A stretch of DNA of 64,000 nucleotides. Origin: Lama glama. Taxonomy: Eukaryota. The stretch's first letter is position 1, and each line of letters begins with the position of its first letter. Under the pieces are notes generated by a model. That model did not search any database. It saw only the letters and a program-made list of their open reading frames with translations, and was not told the DNA's origin. Location of the stretch: contig CM052818.1 of NCBI GenBank assembly GCA_028534125.1, positions 26,104,001 through 26,168,000 of the forward strand, read 5' to 3'. The position numbers and the translations under genes are program-made. Below, piece by piece: positions 50,331 to 64,000 of the stretch.

Positions 50331-51014
50331 AAATGGTCTTCTCTTGCCTGTAAGGAAAGGGTATATAAGGCTCTCATCTCTCTCCTCAAGTACTCAACAT
50401 TTCAGCCATATTGTACACTTGATTCAGTGCTTCTACATATCATATTTCTCAACTCCAAGCCTCTGTTTGTTTTCTAGTATTTCATAAATATGGCGTGTAT
50501 GCCACCTGTATCAGTATCATCTGGGATATTTGAATCACTTAAAAGTGTGTGTTTATGTGTCCATGTTTCCCTTCACCCTTGCCATGTGGGTATGTATTTT
50601 GATACTAATAGAATAATTAGGACACATTATTTTGTATTCTACATTTTTTCAGTTATATTAAAAATTGTTTTCTGACTGAACAAAGTCTTTTTAAAGCTGC
50701 GTAAAAAATGGAAACTGATCAACTAGTCAACGTGATATATAGTAAAGAAAAAATGCCCCAATTACTCAGCATAATGTTTCACGACTTTTTAAAGACAAAT
50801 ACCCATGTATTAGATTTTTCATCAACAACTTTTATTAATCTACTGAAGAGGTGGATATCTCATTGTTTATTACCTCTTATCAAATTCTGCATTCAATGTT
50901 TCCAAGAACACATCACAATTCTACATCTTCACATATTATTTTCAGTAATATGTCATTTGCAAAAGTCTAATTATATGTTGAATTGTGTATTAAAGGGTTT
51001 TTATTTTTAAGAAG

Positions 51015-51930
<916 letters not shown>

Positions 51931-52249
51931 CAAGCACTCAGCCACCAGCTGCCTTCCTCTGTTTTCCCACCAGGGGACAGTCTGAGAGCTAAGCCTGCAG
52001 AGCAGAACCGAATGGACGGAAACTTGAGTGAGATCACACTGATAGTGAGGTGCTGTCACCACACTATGCAGCTCACAGCTTCTTTGTCTCTCCAGAAAAA
52101 GGCCAGGAATCTGTATTTTTAACAAGCCTCCCACCCCCAAGAAAATCTTAAAGATTTAAAGCATTGGGTTTAAATTCTAATTTCCTTAGAATCTCAGGTT
52201 ACCTATAAAAACCTCAGGGAGGTCTGAGACCCTAGTCCAGGTTGCAGTA

Positions 52250-52442
52250 TCAGTTTTATTTTCTCATAAATCTCTGTGCTTTCCTTTCCATAACACTCAC
52301 CACACTTTAGTGCTATTAAGTGTTCAGTGTGTGCCTTTCCCACTAGACTATACAATTCATGGTGGCAAAGACAGGATTTTTTTCTCATTGTATCCCAAGC
52401 CTCCGGCAAAGCATGCCCAGATTCGTAATACAAATGAATAAA
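52250..52442 (+). mobile_element. L2 3' terminus
   Basis: 'tttcccactagactatacaattcatggtggcaaagacagg..cattgtatcccaagcctccggcaaagcatgcc..aaatgaataa'. Confidence 0.65.
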
Positions 52443-54434
52443 GGTAATCTTTTTCACTCACTCAAGGACACACATTCAAAAATATAGATGAATTTGATCT
52501 GAAAGTGTCAGAAAATATTACATTTTGAGAAAAAAAATCAATGTTGTTTGATAAATAAGAGAGAGATTTATTGATATTAAATCATTATACTCCTGGCATT
52601 TGGGTAATGATTATCAAATATCAACTTTACTAGATTGGGTACTGGCTAAAAATGACTGATCTCAAACTGATGCTATAGCATCAGTTATTTTAAGAAAATT
52701 AATCACAAGAAAGTCTAAGAAACTTCTTTAAGGTGTTTTTAAGATCAACTTAAAAACACAGCAAAGGCCATTATATATTGAGAAAGCTTAAGAAATAATA
52801 TATTTTGGATGCAGATGAATAGAAGGTAAGAGACAAAAGAGCAGAAACAGGAGGGTGTAAACAGAGTAACGCTTTCTGCCTATAATTCACAAAATGTCTG
52901 TTCAGACAGCAGGAAAGACTGTCCACTCTGAAGTGGCCTTAATTAATTTTTTTTTTAAAGTACAAGGAAGAATAAATTCTCCAGGCATGGATAACACAGA
53001 TGAATTAATCTACAAGAAATAAGTTTAAACCAGAAAGAAATAGGCAAATAAGAATTTCTAACAAATGAGATCCTGGCTGGATTTCATAAGTGACCCACTC
53101 ACCCCTCTGAGCTGTAGCATTTCTACAACAGGAAGTCAGGGTGAACGTTTGTGGACTAATTATATTTTCTGAACTTATGTGAAAAATCGATGTCTTAATT
53201 AAGATAATCAAATATGAAGTTGTAATTAAGACAGAACATTTAAAGTAGGATGAGGATTTTATTACTACGAGTGGTTACTAAGGAGAGTAATAATTCTCAA
53301 CATAGAACAGTTTGGAAATATAGCCCAGGACTTGAAACTACAGGCAACCTCCAAGACAATCATAAGCACCTGGTAAATATGAAGGGGTTCTTTACGTTCT
53401 GCACTCCCAGAGTCCTCTCCCTCCTGTGTTGTTTCTGGGATACTGTACTTATTATCCTATAGGAGTCTGTCTTAGAAGAGCAATTGATGTCACTTCAAAA
53501 TATTACAACAATTTTAAAATAGTTTTTTCTCTACCAGATTAGCACATCCCTCATTGTAACACAAAATATTACACAGTGTTATTTATGTTTGAGCTTTCTC
53601 AGTGTGCTCCAAGTCAGTAACTTGGATACCTCCTCCAGGCAAGTAACTTCCAGGCTGCCGGGGTCGTCGGTATTTCACTCAGTGATCGTTCTCACACTGC
53701 CTCAGACACAGGACTCTCTCTTCTTCTTCTTTTTTTTTTTTTTTCTGAAGGAATGATATTCCTTTTTAAAAGGATCTGATATTACCTTTCTAGGGTCAAG
53801 AAAAGTCCACATGAATAATAAAATACTGTAATTTCAGACTCTGGAATTGAAAAGCTGCTTACATGCACGAATCTGGGCTCTAGAGGCCCCAGGGCTGACA
53901 TTCCCAATATTAAGTGCAGTGTGATGAGCTCCACGCTCCCTGATGGGGACAGAGTCGTGTTCACAAATGACTGTGATGCCAGGAATGGGGTGTGAGTGCC
54001 CCGGGAAGAAGCAGGTATGTTATGCGAGTTCACAGGAAGGAGAGAACCAATGGCTGGGTCGCCTTCGTTGCAATGAGTGCCGATGCTAGACATTTTGGAA
54101 ATGAACAAATGGGTCAGCAAATCACTGCTAGGGTACACTGCAATCTGGAAAGACTGATAACTCGCCTCATCCTACTGTCTAATTGGAAAAGAAACTGAGG
54201 TATTCTTAACAGTATTAGAACCACTTTCAAAAAAAAACTGCTAGGAATACAAATAGAAACATCATTGGGAAAAAATAAGAAACACAGGAATACCTGCTAA
54301 TGCCATTTTGCTTATTACATTCATATTTCCACACTGTCCAGCTTTCTTAGTTACATTTATTATCAGTCCTATTTATTATTCCTATTAGCAGTATTATTTT
54401 TATTTGTATAGTATCAGTCTTTTCAGTCTTCCTA

Positions 54435-55420
54435 CCAATACTTACTGAGTCATTGCTATATGCTAGGTACTACATTTAGCAGTAGGAGAGTGTAATGAAA
54501 AACACACCCAGTTGCTACTTTCATGGAACAATCACACAAATTAACTATGTAATCACAACTGTGCTAAATGACATGAAGGAAAAGTATGAGACACTTTCTT
54601 GCCTGGGGGTGTCAAGGAAGTCTTTCCTGAACAAATGACATTTATGGTGAGGCTTGAAGGATGAATAGGAATAAAGCTGGTGAAGGGAGGGGCGAGGTTG
54701 TTCGGGAATGTTTAAGAGAGAGGGAACAAAATGACCCGAGGGTACAAGGCAGGAAAGAACACAGTGCAGAGGAGGGGTGAGAGGGGGAACATAACGGAGC
54801 TTGAGAGATTGGTAGGAGCTACATCAGAGCCCTGAGGGGCATGTTAACATTTTGAACTTCATCCTAAAAGCAAAGGGTTTTAAGGCAGGGAAATGACATA
54901 TGAGGTTTATGTTTAATCCGTGGTTTTGGCTGATATTGAGAGCCAAGAATGACAGGGCAGGGGGCAAGAAGCTGTGAGGAGACCAGTTGGGAGGCTCACA
55001 AGATTGTGGCTCAGGTGAAAGGGGGTGGAGCCCTGCGTGGAGTGGTGGCTGGGGAGAGGGAGACAGAGACAGAGAGAGAGACAGAGAGAGAGAGAGACAG
55101 GGCACGAGCAGTTGGATAGCTCAGGGCATGTTTTAGAAGAGGAACACTGAGAACTCGGTGACTGGGTGGATGCCTGGGAGAAGAGGGTGTCAAGGATAAT
55201 TCCCAGCTTTCCGAATAGGGTGGATGGAGGTGCCATTTTACTAATAGGGAAGATGGAGGAAGAGCAGATGCAAAGTTGACGAGCTGAGTCTGAGATGTCT
55301 ATGAGTCATCCAAGCAGAGGTGTCAAGCAGGATGGTGGATAACCAGGTCTAGAGCTCAGAGGAGAGCTCAAATTTGAGGACCTGTGGCAGGCACACAGCA
55401 TCTGAAGCCTGGAGGATAGG
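54435..55420 (-). mobile_element. L2 LINE 3' remnant containing an (AG/AC) simple repeat at ~55055-55100
   Basis: 'aatacttactgagt..ctatatgctagg', 'ggagaccagttgggaggct', 'gagggtgtcaaggataattcccag..gaggtgccatt'. Confidence 0.75.
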
Positions 55421-56968
55421 AGTGGGAGGCAGGGAGGAGGAAAGGGGAGAGGAGGCCGAGGGACAAGCATCAAACCCGGAAGCTTGTCAATATCAGCCCT
55501 CCTGTGAGAGAGCTAAATACTACGCCTAAACATCTGCAAGTCAAACCTCACTATCATATTGTATTTGAATCTCATATTCTAATAAGAATGCACACTCAGT
55601 GTAAAATGACTGCATGTAACCCGAACTGACATCATTCAGGAGAGATGTAAGACAGAACTGGCCCAACCACTAACATGGAGCAAGCAACCAAAGGGACAAA
55701 CTCTGCTCTCTGCTGAACAAGTCACACAGACTGTGTTCTGGAGAACAAGTGCTGTTTTGTACCCCTATTAACCAAGGGAGGGATGAGTCAGAAGGACAGT
55801 GAACCTTGTGGAAATCCCGAGCAGGTAAGCAGCCCAAGCCCCTGTGCAGGTGTAAGAGGCCCGCGGGGCCTGATTAGCCCTGTTTAGAGACGAGGGCATC
55901 CCCGAACCTGGGAGTTTCTGGCCAGGCCTTGTTTCACTTCCTGTTACTGCCCTGAACACTCTGGGTACTCCGGGGAAACCAACCTTTGCTTTTCCACCTC
56001 TGTGCCTTTGTTCATGACCTGCGACATGCCTCGCCTGCACCTCCACATTCTGTACATCTTTCAAAGTCCACCTCTGATGCTACCTCAATCTCTTCTAGGT
56101 GAAAATAATTTCTCCCTTTTCAATATTTTCAGGACCAATTATTAGCACCTCCTTTAGCACTTCGAGCTTTCTACCCTGAGCTCCAGCTACTTGGAACATA
56201 ACTACCTATGTTCTCTTCGAGGCTGTAAGCTCCTAGAGGGCGGTGGGCATGCCACAGGTTTATGTTCCTGCTCACAAAAAACGCTGGAGCCTGTTCTCCC
56301 CAGCAGAGTGATTCCCAGGATGATAATGTTTACGCGGCATGAGGAGGGAGCAAGAAAACATCTATCTGCTCCCTTTTGTTCCCACAATACCAGCATAGAC
56401 GAACACAGACTGAGCGGTTAGTGCTGTGAAATTCCTGAAACTTGACGCACATCCAGAACCCCAACTTACTGAATAAAAAGGCGAGAAGCAATGCAATAGT
56501 TTCTTTTCATAAATGTTCCAAGGCCAAGAAACTGCTGATACATATTTTTCTTCCTCATGACCTTGGACAGCCACACCCTGCTGTGTGCTGGGGACCGACG
56601 ACGGAAAACACGTGGACGCTCCTGCTCTCGGGTGGACAGCCTGTCTAGCTGGTCTGCCGCCTGCCCCAGTTTAATCACCTGCTCCCCAGAGTTGCACTGT
56701 CCTCCATCCTTCCTCGTGGGGCTTCTCCCATTTCCTGCTGTCTGACAAGCATCAGCATGTTTTTAACTGCTAGCCCGTGATTTGCATGTCCCTTAAAGAT
56801 ACAAGCAGTCTCCTGATGAAGGATTATCTATAGCAATTTAAAAAACTTCACAGTACACATTAAATCCAAGTCAAAATGAAAGCTCCAGATGCACCTAAGC
56901 CAGTTCATATTTGAGGCTGGGCTAGTACTGATACAATAACGACACTCCTCATCACTGTGTGGACTTAC

Positions 56969-57049
56969 CTCTTTGGTAACACAAGGAAGCAACACCGCCA
57001 GATTAAGGAACTTCACAGCATCATCTGTTTGTTCAAGATCGATATAACA
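56969..57049 (-). CDS. RMDN2: RMDN2 penultimate coding exon (CYIDLEQTDDAVKFLNLAVLLPCVTKE)
   Basis: ttctag|TGT...GAG|GTAAGT, 81 nt, phase 0/0. Similar to recalled human CYTDLEENQNALKFCNLALLLPTVTKE. Confidence 0.92.
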
Positions 57050-57136
57050 CTAGAAGTGAAGAATAATCGATATGAAGGGTAGTCACATTTTTATATAATG
57101 GATTTGAAGTGCTCTTAGAACAGTGGTCTTCATTAC

Positions 57137-57190
57137 CTTGGCCAAGTACATGTAATTGGACTTAGAAAAACCAGGGTGTAGTTCTTCAAC
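57137..57190 (-). CDS. RMDN2: RMDN2 coding exon (VEELHPGFSKSNYMYLAK)
   Basis: atcag|GTT...AAG|GTAATG, 54 nt, phase 0/0, followed by an 87-nt intron. Matches the RMDN-family EELxPGYS..NYMYLAK segment. Confidence 0.92.
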
Positions 57191-58049
57191 CTGATTTCAA
57201 GAGAAGACAGAAAAGAGGATGACAGAAGAATATTAAAACAACAACAAGTAAAGGGGATATATTTCAATAGATCAAATATTAACCAAATTTTCCTAAGAAT
57301 TTACACCGGTGGTGTCACATCAGAATCATTTTGTCAGCTCAAGTATCCTTTGGGTGGAAATACAGCTTTTGAGCTTATCCATTAAAATAGAATTTTTATG
57401 GTCATAAAGCTTATAAAGTACTGAGATACTTTAAGATTGGGGATTCCTTTGTATAACCATCTTTCTCACTTCCCATTCCCCATCCTTTCTCCTTTTTCGT
57501 TTGAGGGACAAAACAACTGCTAATACGCTTTCCCCAGGACAAGTCCCTACATTTCACAATCTCTTTAGGAAATGAGAGTAAAGCGTGACTGGTATCCCAT
57601 GGCAAGCATCTTCCACTACATTAATATTTGATTTCTTGTGATTTCAACACGTTCCATGTGCACTGAATAATATCTGCAGTCCCTCACATCAAGTACTTCT
57701 AAAGAAAAGACAGATGCTTAAAATAACTAGTCCAAGTAGCAGACGTCCTTGCAGATTTTAATACGTGTGTATCACAAAGGTACTTTACTCCTCATCATAC
57801 ATACCAGTTCCTTTTCTTTATCTCTGTAAATAAAAAGTCTATCAGGTATATGGTGTTGCTACTAGGGAGTTCTTCTTAGAATCTAAGTAAACCTTTTCAT
57901 CAAAGCCTGATTTTGCTGCTGTAAAGGCCTATGCAAGGAAGCTCCCAACCTGACCCCGGCCCCAGATGCAGAACCCAAGAGAAGAAGGATACTTTAAAAA
58001 TTTCACAAAAATTGCTTGTTTCACAATATACAAACAAACCAGACATTTC

Positions 58050-58550
58050 CAAAATTAAAAAGTGAAAGAGTTTCTCTATTCTAATTTTATTCTCATTTAT
58101 AATCTCATTCCCCAGAAGTAACCACTATCAACAGTTTTGACAAATGCATCCTACAGACCTTTTACCAAGCAGAGGCAAACCAGAAGAAAACAAAAAAAGA
58201 AGAAAAGAAAAAGATAATTAATTTTTTAAAAAAAATGTTTTAAATGGGACCATTTCTTATGTATTGGTCCAAAACCTTTTTCCCCCTACAACATACCACA
58301 GATACATTTTTGCGTTAGTACAGACAAATCTACCTCACTGTTCCTAAGAGCTGTATTTCATACCACACATATACCATAATTAAATTAAGCACTCCCCATT
58401 AGACATTTAGACTTATTTTTCACTATTACTAATAATGGTCAATGAGCACACTTGCTCCTATATACTTGTGTGTATGTGATTATGTGTGTAGGAGAGACTC
58501 CCAGGAGCTGAACTGCTGAGTTAAAGGATACACACACATTTTAAGGATGG
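58050..58550 (-). mobile_element. Old L1 (L1ME-like) 3' fragment
   Basis: 'ccccagaagtaaccactatcaacagtttt..ccccattagacatttagact..gaactgctgagttaaagg'. Confidence 0.6.
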
Positions 58551-58967
58551 ATACTAATGGAGGGGAAAGCAAGACCCAGGGTGCTGAGGAGCGCTCCACC
58601 ACCTCACGAGAGCACATCCCTTGTAAAGGCCATTTACTCTCTGCAGAATCCAAAACAGAAGGGTCCTGGGAGGAGGAGGAGGACAAAATTTCTTGGGCTG
58701 GGACGAAGCCAGACTGGGTATAACTCTTTAAGACCAAGCAGATGAACGGCGTGTGGATCTGGCCCAGAACCTTCTGGCAAAAACAGCAAGACCTCTGACA
58801 GATGGAAGGAAGTTGTCAAGTTCAGTCCTGGCCAGAGCCCTGAAAGTCCTGTAGAGCCATCTGCGGTGCTGATGGGTTCTGGTCCTCCTGCTCCCTCTCT
58901 CTTGTTCAGTTATTTGCACTTTAACTCTTTGACTTTACTAAGTGCATTTCTTGAGCCATGCTAATAA

Positions 58968-59568
58968 AAATTGTGTATACTTACAAAACCAATGAGTTAC
59001 AGGTATTAAATGCACAGTGTAGGGAATATAGTTAATAATTTTATGTAACATCTTTGTGTGGTGACAGATGGTAACTAGACTTACCATGGTGATCATTCTG
59101 AAATGTACAGAAATATCGAGTCATGTTGTGTACTAGGAGCTAACATAGTGTAGTAGATCAATAATACTTCAAAAACAAACAAACTCACAGGAAAAAGAGA
59201 TCAGATTTGTGGTTACCAGAGGCAGGAGGTGAGGGTGGGAAGAGGGGGAATTGGATAAAAGCAGTTAAAAGTTATACACTTTTAGTTATAAGATAAATAA
59301 GAACTAGGGATATAATGTACAACATGACAATATAATTAACACTGCTTATGTTATGAAAGTTAAGAGAGTAAATCTTAAGGGTTCTCATCACAAGGAAAAA
59401 TTTTTCTGTTTCTTTAATTTTATATCTGTATTAGATGATGGATATTACCTAAACTTATTGTGATAATCATTTCACGATGTATGTAAAGTCAAATCATTAC
59501 ACTGTACACTTTAAACTTAAACAGTGCTGTATGTCAATTATATCTCAATAAAACTGGAAGAAAAAAAA
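58968..59568 (+). mobile_element. L1 3' UTR (L1MA9/artiodactyl type)
   Basis: 'tgacagatggtaactagacttaccatggtgatcatt..gtggttaccagaggc..gttctcatcacaagg..gtcaattatatctcaataaaactgg' followed by an A tail. Confidence 0.85.
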
Positions 59569-60291
59569 GGGAGGACGTAGATTAAATTTTATTTGACTGT
59601 ACCCTCTATGGCCAGTAGTTGCCCCAGTTCTGTTCTGTCCAAATCCCCTCTGGATAACTTGCCCCAGCTATTCACATAAGCAGTTTATTTCTTTAAGGTT
59701 GGCATTTTATTCTATATATACACCTTAACACTTACATCTAATTAACCAGAATGATCATAAATGAGAACATCTCTTTTTGTGCTCATGGCTTAAAAAAAAA
59801 AAGGACACAGGCAGGCAATTAACCACACCTAAATCCTAAAATGGAGTAGATTCTGACCTTTGCCAAAGGCCCTGGCTGAATAACAGGGGAGGTAGTGTTA
59901 CCCAATAGAATGTTCTAATGAAGGGGCAGTTCCTAGCCAGCTCGAAGAACACTGTCACAACACCTGGCAGGCAATACTGTACTTGTTTACTTGGTCTCGG
60001 CTGTCCAAGTTCCCTGGAGGGAGCTGCTATGTTGGTCATTTCTGTGTTCCCTACATTTGACACTGCTTGGCACTAGGTATGTACTTAATAAACGCTGTTG
60101 AATAAATTAGCTTTGTTTTAAAACATCTCATAACCATATGCAGCAGCCCTCTGTCGCAACAAGACACAGAAGAAAGTTCTGCAGCCTGTTAAACCTCCAA
60201 GGAAGATTCAGGGATCATATGACTGCAAACAGGGAGTGACATTAGGGTGGCCGACAATGCCACACCTGTCATCTACTACATCCATCCTTTC

Positions 60292-61008
60292 CAGTGGTTC
60301 TCAACCATGCTATGGGCTGCACATGGAGCCCCAAGAACTTTAAAAACACTGATCAAGCTTTAAGACACTTAACATATGACCTCATAATTCCACTCCTAGG
60401 TACTTACTCAAGGAAATTTAAAACATGCCTACACAAAAGCCTGCATATGAATGTCCAAAGAAGCTTTAACCATAACAGTCTCAAACTAGGAACGACTCAA
60501 ATGTCCACCAGAACCTAAGTGCATAAGCAAACTGCAGTATATCCATACACTGGAATGTTACTAGACCATCAAAAGGAACGACTGATACACTCAATAAAAT
60601 GAACGCATCTCAAAACATCATGCTGAGCAAAGGAAGTCAGATACACAAAGTACAAACTCAATGATTCCGTTTATATAACATTTTTAAATAGGCAAAGCTA
60701 ATCTATAGTGACAAAAAGCAGATCAGCCATTGCATAGGGCGGGGGTAGGGGAAACTGACAGCAAAGGGACAAAGATAGCTCTCAAGGGTGATGGCAGTGT
60801 CCTTGAAATGGTGGTGGTTACATGAGTATATAAGTTTGTCAAATTTCACTGAACAGCACACATAAAGTGGGTACACCATATTGTAATATAAACTATACTT
60901 AAATATATTCAGAGTTTCTGAAATAATTAGTCTGGGTTGTGGCCTGGATTAGCATTTTTTAAAGCTTTCTTGTTGACTCTAACTTACAGACAAGGTTAAG
61001 AACCACTG
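60292..61008. mobile_element. MER5-like hAT MITE split by an L1 3' fragment (~60360-60900)
   Basis: TIRs CAGTGGTTCTCAA and TTAAGAACCACTG. The interior has L1M motifs 'aattccactcctaggtacttactcaagg..atgattccgtttatataac..atctatagtgaca'. Confidence 0.75.
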
Positions 61009-61179
61009 CCCAAGGGAATCAGGCTAGAATTTTGGATGAGATGGGAAGCATGCTATAGTTTGAAAGAATTCCAACAGGGGATTCACAGACGACTCCTGGT
61101 CTAAAACCACCTCCCTAGATGTTTTCAGGCTGTGGAGAACCAGATCTCACCTGTTATGCGAGCAAAATAATAGCAGTAT

Positions 61180-61400
61180 TTATTTTCCGCTAGAGCACTT
61201 AATGTGCTAGACCTGGCTCAGGAAAATTACATGTACTATTTTATGCAATTTTCACCAAAGCCATATAAAGTAGGTATTATTAGGCCCCCTTTCCAGATGA
61301 AGCACTTAAGATTGGGAGAAATAAACATGCCCATGTCATACAGGCAGGAAAAGGCTGAGGTCTCAAACTGTCTGATTCCAAAGCCAGGCTCTTGATCTCT
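61180..61400 (-). mobile_element. MIR remnant
   Basis: 'gagcacttaatgtgctag..gtaggtattattaggcccctttccagatgaagcacttaag'. Confidence 0.6.
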
Positions 61401-61809
61401 ATAGGATGGAACTGAAGGCTCTGGGGACACATTCCTGAGAACTTTCTCTGGAGTGTTGGAGTGGTGTGCAGGAGTTCTACAGTCTGGGTTCCAACAACAT
61501 GACCTCCTGTGGGGAGCAGGGGGCTGCAGGCTCTCCTGGAGTATGGGAGCCAAGGTCTGTGCTGTTTCCTCTCTTCCTCCCCTTGGATTTCTTAAATCCT
61601 CCATAGCCTCAGCCCTCAGCCCTCTAGGTTCCTCAGTACCCTCAGCTGCTGCAGGAAACACAGGGAGAAGCATTCCGATGCCCTCCCACCCTCTTGACAA
61701 ATATCATGGAATTTACTTCACATAGATTCTAAGTCGTGGCTGAAAGGCGAGGTCCCCAAGATGGCTTGCCAAGGTGTTTACATTTTAATGAAGTTAAAAT
61801 TCTGTGAGC

Positions 61810-62030
61810 TTTTATTGAGAACTTACTAGGTGCTGGGCACTCTCTAAGCAATTTCATTGCATTAACTTATATAATCTTCACAACAACACTATGAATCAGG
61901 TTCTATTATCTCTGTGTTATTGATTAAATTGGGAGACAGATCAAGCACCTCTCTCAACGCTAATCAGCCAGTAAGAGGCAGAACTGGGGTTTAATCAGGT
62001 GCTCTGGTTCCAGAGTTTGCAACCCTTATC
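61810..62030 (-). mobile_element. MIR remnant
   Basis: 'tttattgagaacttactaggtgctgggcact..taatcttcacaacaac..agtaagaggcagaactggggttt'. Confidence 0.7.
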
Positions 62031-62473
62031 TCTGTATTACTGTGCTTCTCACCACTTTTGATTTTATCTGTGTAATACTTTAGGTGCGTTAGCACCTTAA
62101 GAACTTCCGCGCAGTGTCCTGAAAACCTGATCCCACAATAATAACTTTGATACTGTGAATAAATGAGTTTCAAGTTTCTGTTAATTAACACCTTTTATAA
62201 ATTATTTACCTTAAATACACTATGATCTATATTCTTACAAAGTTTAATATGGAGGACTAATTCTCAGTGGTAGAAAAAAGGTGAAGTGATAATGCAGTCT
62301 TAGACTTTATTCATGTCTTTGATCTGTCATTATGTGACACCGGAAAAAACTAAGTTCCTGAGGTCCTGATTCCCTTTTTATAAAACAAAAAAGATCATAT
62401 TAAATAAAAAAATAAGAAACACATGGCCCTTGTACTTGACACTGAAATAATGGACAGACATAATATAATATAC

Positions 62474-62572
62474 CTTAAGGAAATTCTGCAAAGCTTCATG
62501 TACAGTTGAGGATGGTATTTTTCCAAACAGAGTAGCAGCCATTTTTCTCTCAATCCAGCTCAGTTTCGAGAC
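62474..62572 (-). CDS. RMDN2: RMDN2 (regulator of microtubule dynamics 2 / FAM82A1) internal coding exon ([33 protein letters not shown])
   Basis: ttgcag|GTC...AAG|GTATAT, 99 nt, phase 0/0. Conserved RMDN motif LSWIE+KxAAxLFG. Synteny with CYP1B1 supports RMDN2. Upstream exons lie beyond the window. Confidence 0.95.
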
Positions 62573-63389
62573 CTGCAAATATAGAGCAACATCACTCTTA
62601 GAAACTTGTTCACCTTTTGAACAAGTAATCTCTCCCCAGTTAGATGTGTGTGTACATATATATGCATGTGTGTGCATGTAAAGTAATATAATAAATAAAA
62701 ATATAAATACACATCCATAAATTATATATGAGAGACACCACCTTTATGGTATGAATATTTTGCCAATCTTTTTCATAATTCCAACAAACTATGAGCTCTA
62801 AAAGCACTGGTTAACACACCAATTTGAAATACTCATACGAAGGTTTGTGCCCAGTGAGAGAAAGAGGGGTGGGGTGCGGAATAATGCTGATCCTGTATGT
62901 TCACATTATTCGTGATTCTGAGCTGACACACGATATTTCCCTGCACAGAGTGCAATTAGTGAGAAGACCCTGCCTCTGCTCTCTTCCTGTCTCCCCATGC
63001 TGCCAACCTGACCCAGAACCTAGCAGCTCAGAAGTGTGAATAGAATGAGGATCCTCAACCTAGGAGGAGTGCACGGTGAGGGCCCAGTATAAATATCTAC
63101 AATTCTGGAGAAAGTTTTTAAATCAATGACCATCAAAGTTAAATCTCATATTACCATTTATTTGTTGCTTTCTTTTTCAATTTTTTCTTCTTTCCCAGTA
63201 TATGTAATAAAAGATTAAAAGGATTCAGAAGTGAATACTTAAAAGGGCACTATGCTCTCCCCAATCCCATCAAATGCCTTCCTCCCCATTCCCATCTTCT
63301 AGGGGTCTGGGCAGCCTTTAACTGCTATTTAAAAAGATATATTCTGTCAATATTATATAATAACTATAAGTGGGGTATAACTTTTAAAA

Positions 63390-63635
63390 ACTGTGAATTA
63401 CTAAGTTGTATATCTGAAACTTACATAATATTGTACATCAACTATAGCTCAATAAAAAAAAGGCACAAACTATTATGTATAACATAAATAAAAGCTACAC
63501 GGATACATTGTACAGCACAGGGAATATAGCCAATGTTTTATAATAACTTTAAATGGAGTATAAGCTATAAAAATACTGAATGTTGTACACCTGAAACTAA
63601 TATAATACTGTAAGTCAACTATACTTCAAAAAAAC
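63390..63635 (+). mobile_element. Two tandem short L1 3' tails
   Basis: 'tgaaacttacataatattgtacatcaactatagctcaataaaaaaaa' followed by 'gtacagcacagggaatatagcc..acacctgaaactaatataatactgtaagtcaactatacttcaaaaaaa'. Confidence 0.8.
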
Positions 63636-63699
63636 AGAGCCCCCAAATTATTCCCTTGCTTGTCTACATAATGTTACTTTATCACTATGTTTATTTTTG

Positions 63700-64000
63700 C
63701 TTTTTTTGAACTATTTTTTTTCCACAATGGACATCTGGGTCTTTTCCATTTTTTTGCTCTTAGGAACAAGGTTGCTATAGGCATTCTTGTACATGCCATC
63801 AAAGCACACTTGCCAGAGTTTCCCTAGGGTAGGCACCAGTGTCATACAGCAGGCAAATAATCAAATTGAAGAGATAATACCCAACTGTTTCCAAGATGAT
63901 TGTGCCAATTTGTGCTCCCATAACAATGTAAGAATTCCTGTTGCTACATATTCTTGCAACAACTCATATTGCTATTTTAAAATTTTATCAAACAAGTAGG
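63700..64000 (-). mobile_element. Old L1 (L1ME-like) fragment
   Basis: 'atggacatctgggtcttttcc..ttccaagatgattgtgccaatttgtgctcccataacaatgtaagaattcctgttgc'. Confidence 0.65.

Noticed and set aside
58558..58965. Possible solo LTR (AATAAA near 58943, ending in CA)
   Set aside because: The layout is suggestive, but I could not identify a family, a clean 5' end or a TSD.
62378..62677. 99-aa ORF as a whole protein
   Set aside because: Only 62474-62572 is bounded by splice sites and RMDN-like. The flanks are intron.

Overview
Mammalian genomic DNA, most likely a camelid (Camelus/Vicugna/Lama), judged from a tRNA-Ala-derived vic-1-type SINE and artiodactyl-type L1 ends. The window holds the complete three-exon CYP1B1 gene on + (AhR enhancer ~8.7-8.9 kb, TATA-like/Inr promoter ~9.84-9.87 kb, CDS 10686-11707 + 14445-15033 = 536 aa, ~3.2 kb 3' UTR with a miR-27 site). 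It also holds the last four coding exons of the convergent RMDN2 (FAM82A1) gene on -. The rest is intergenic or intronic DNA rich in L1, L2, CR1, MIR, hAT and LTR remnants, plus a decayed C2H2 zinc-finger pseudogene. Nearly all other track ORFs look spurious. I found no convincing new multi-gene system. The most notable oddities are: a 350-bp element made of an L1 5' end joined directly to an L1 3' end (possibly a spliced or non-autonomous L1), a 7-aa in-frame deletion in CYP1B1 relative to human, a strong 5' UTR hairpin, and a 20-bp locally copied insertion. Repeat family names and human comparisons come from recalled sequences, not from searches.
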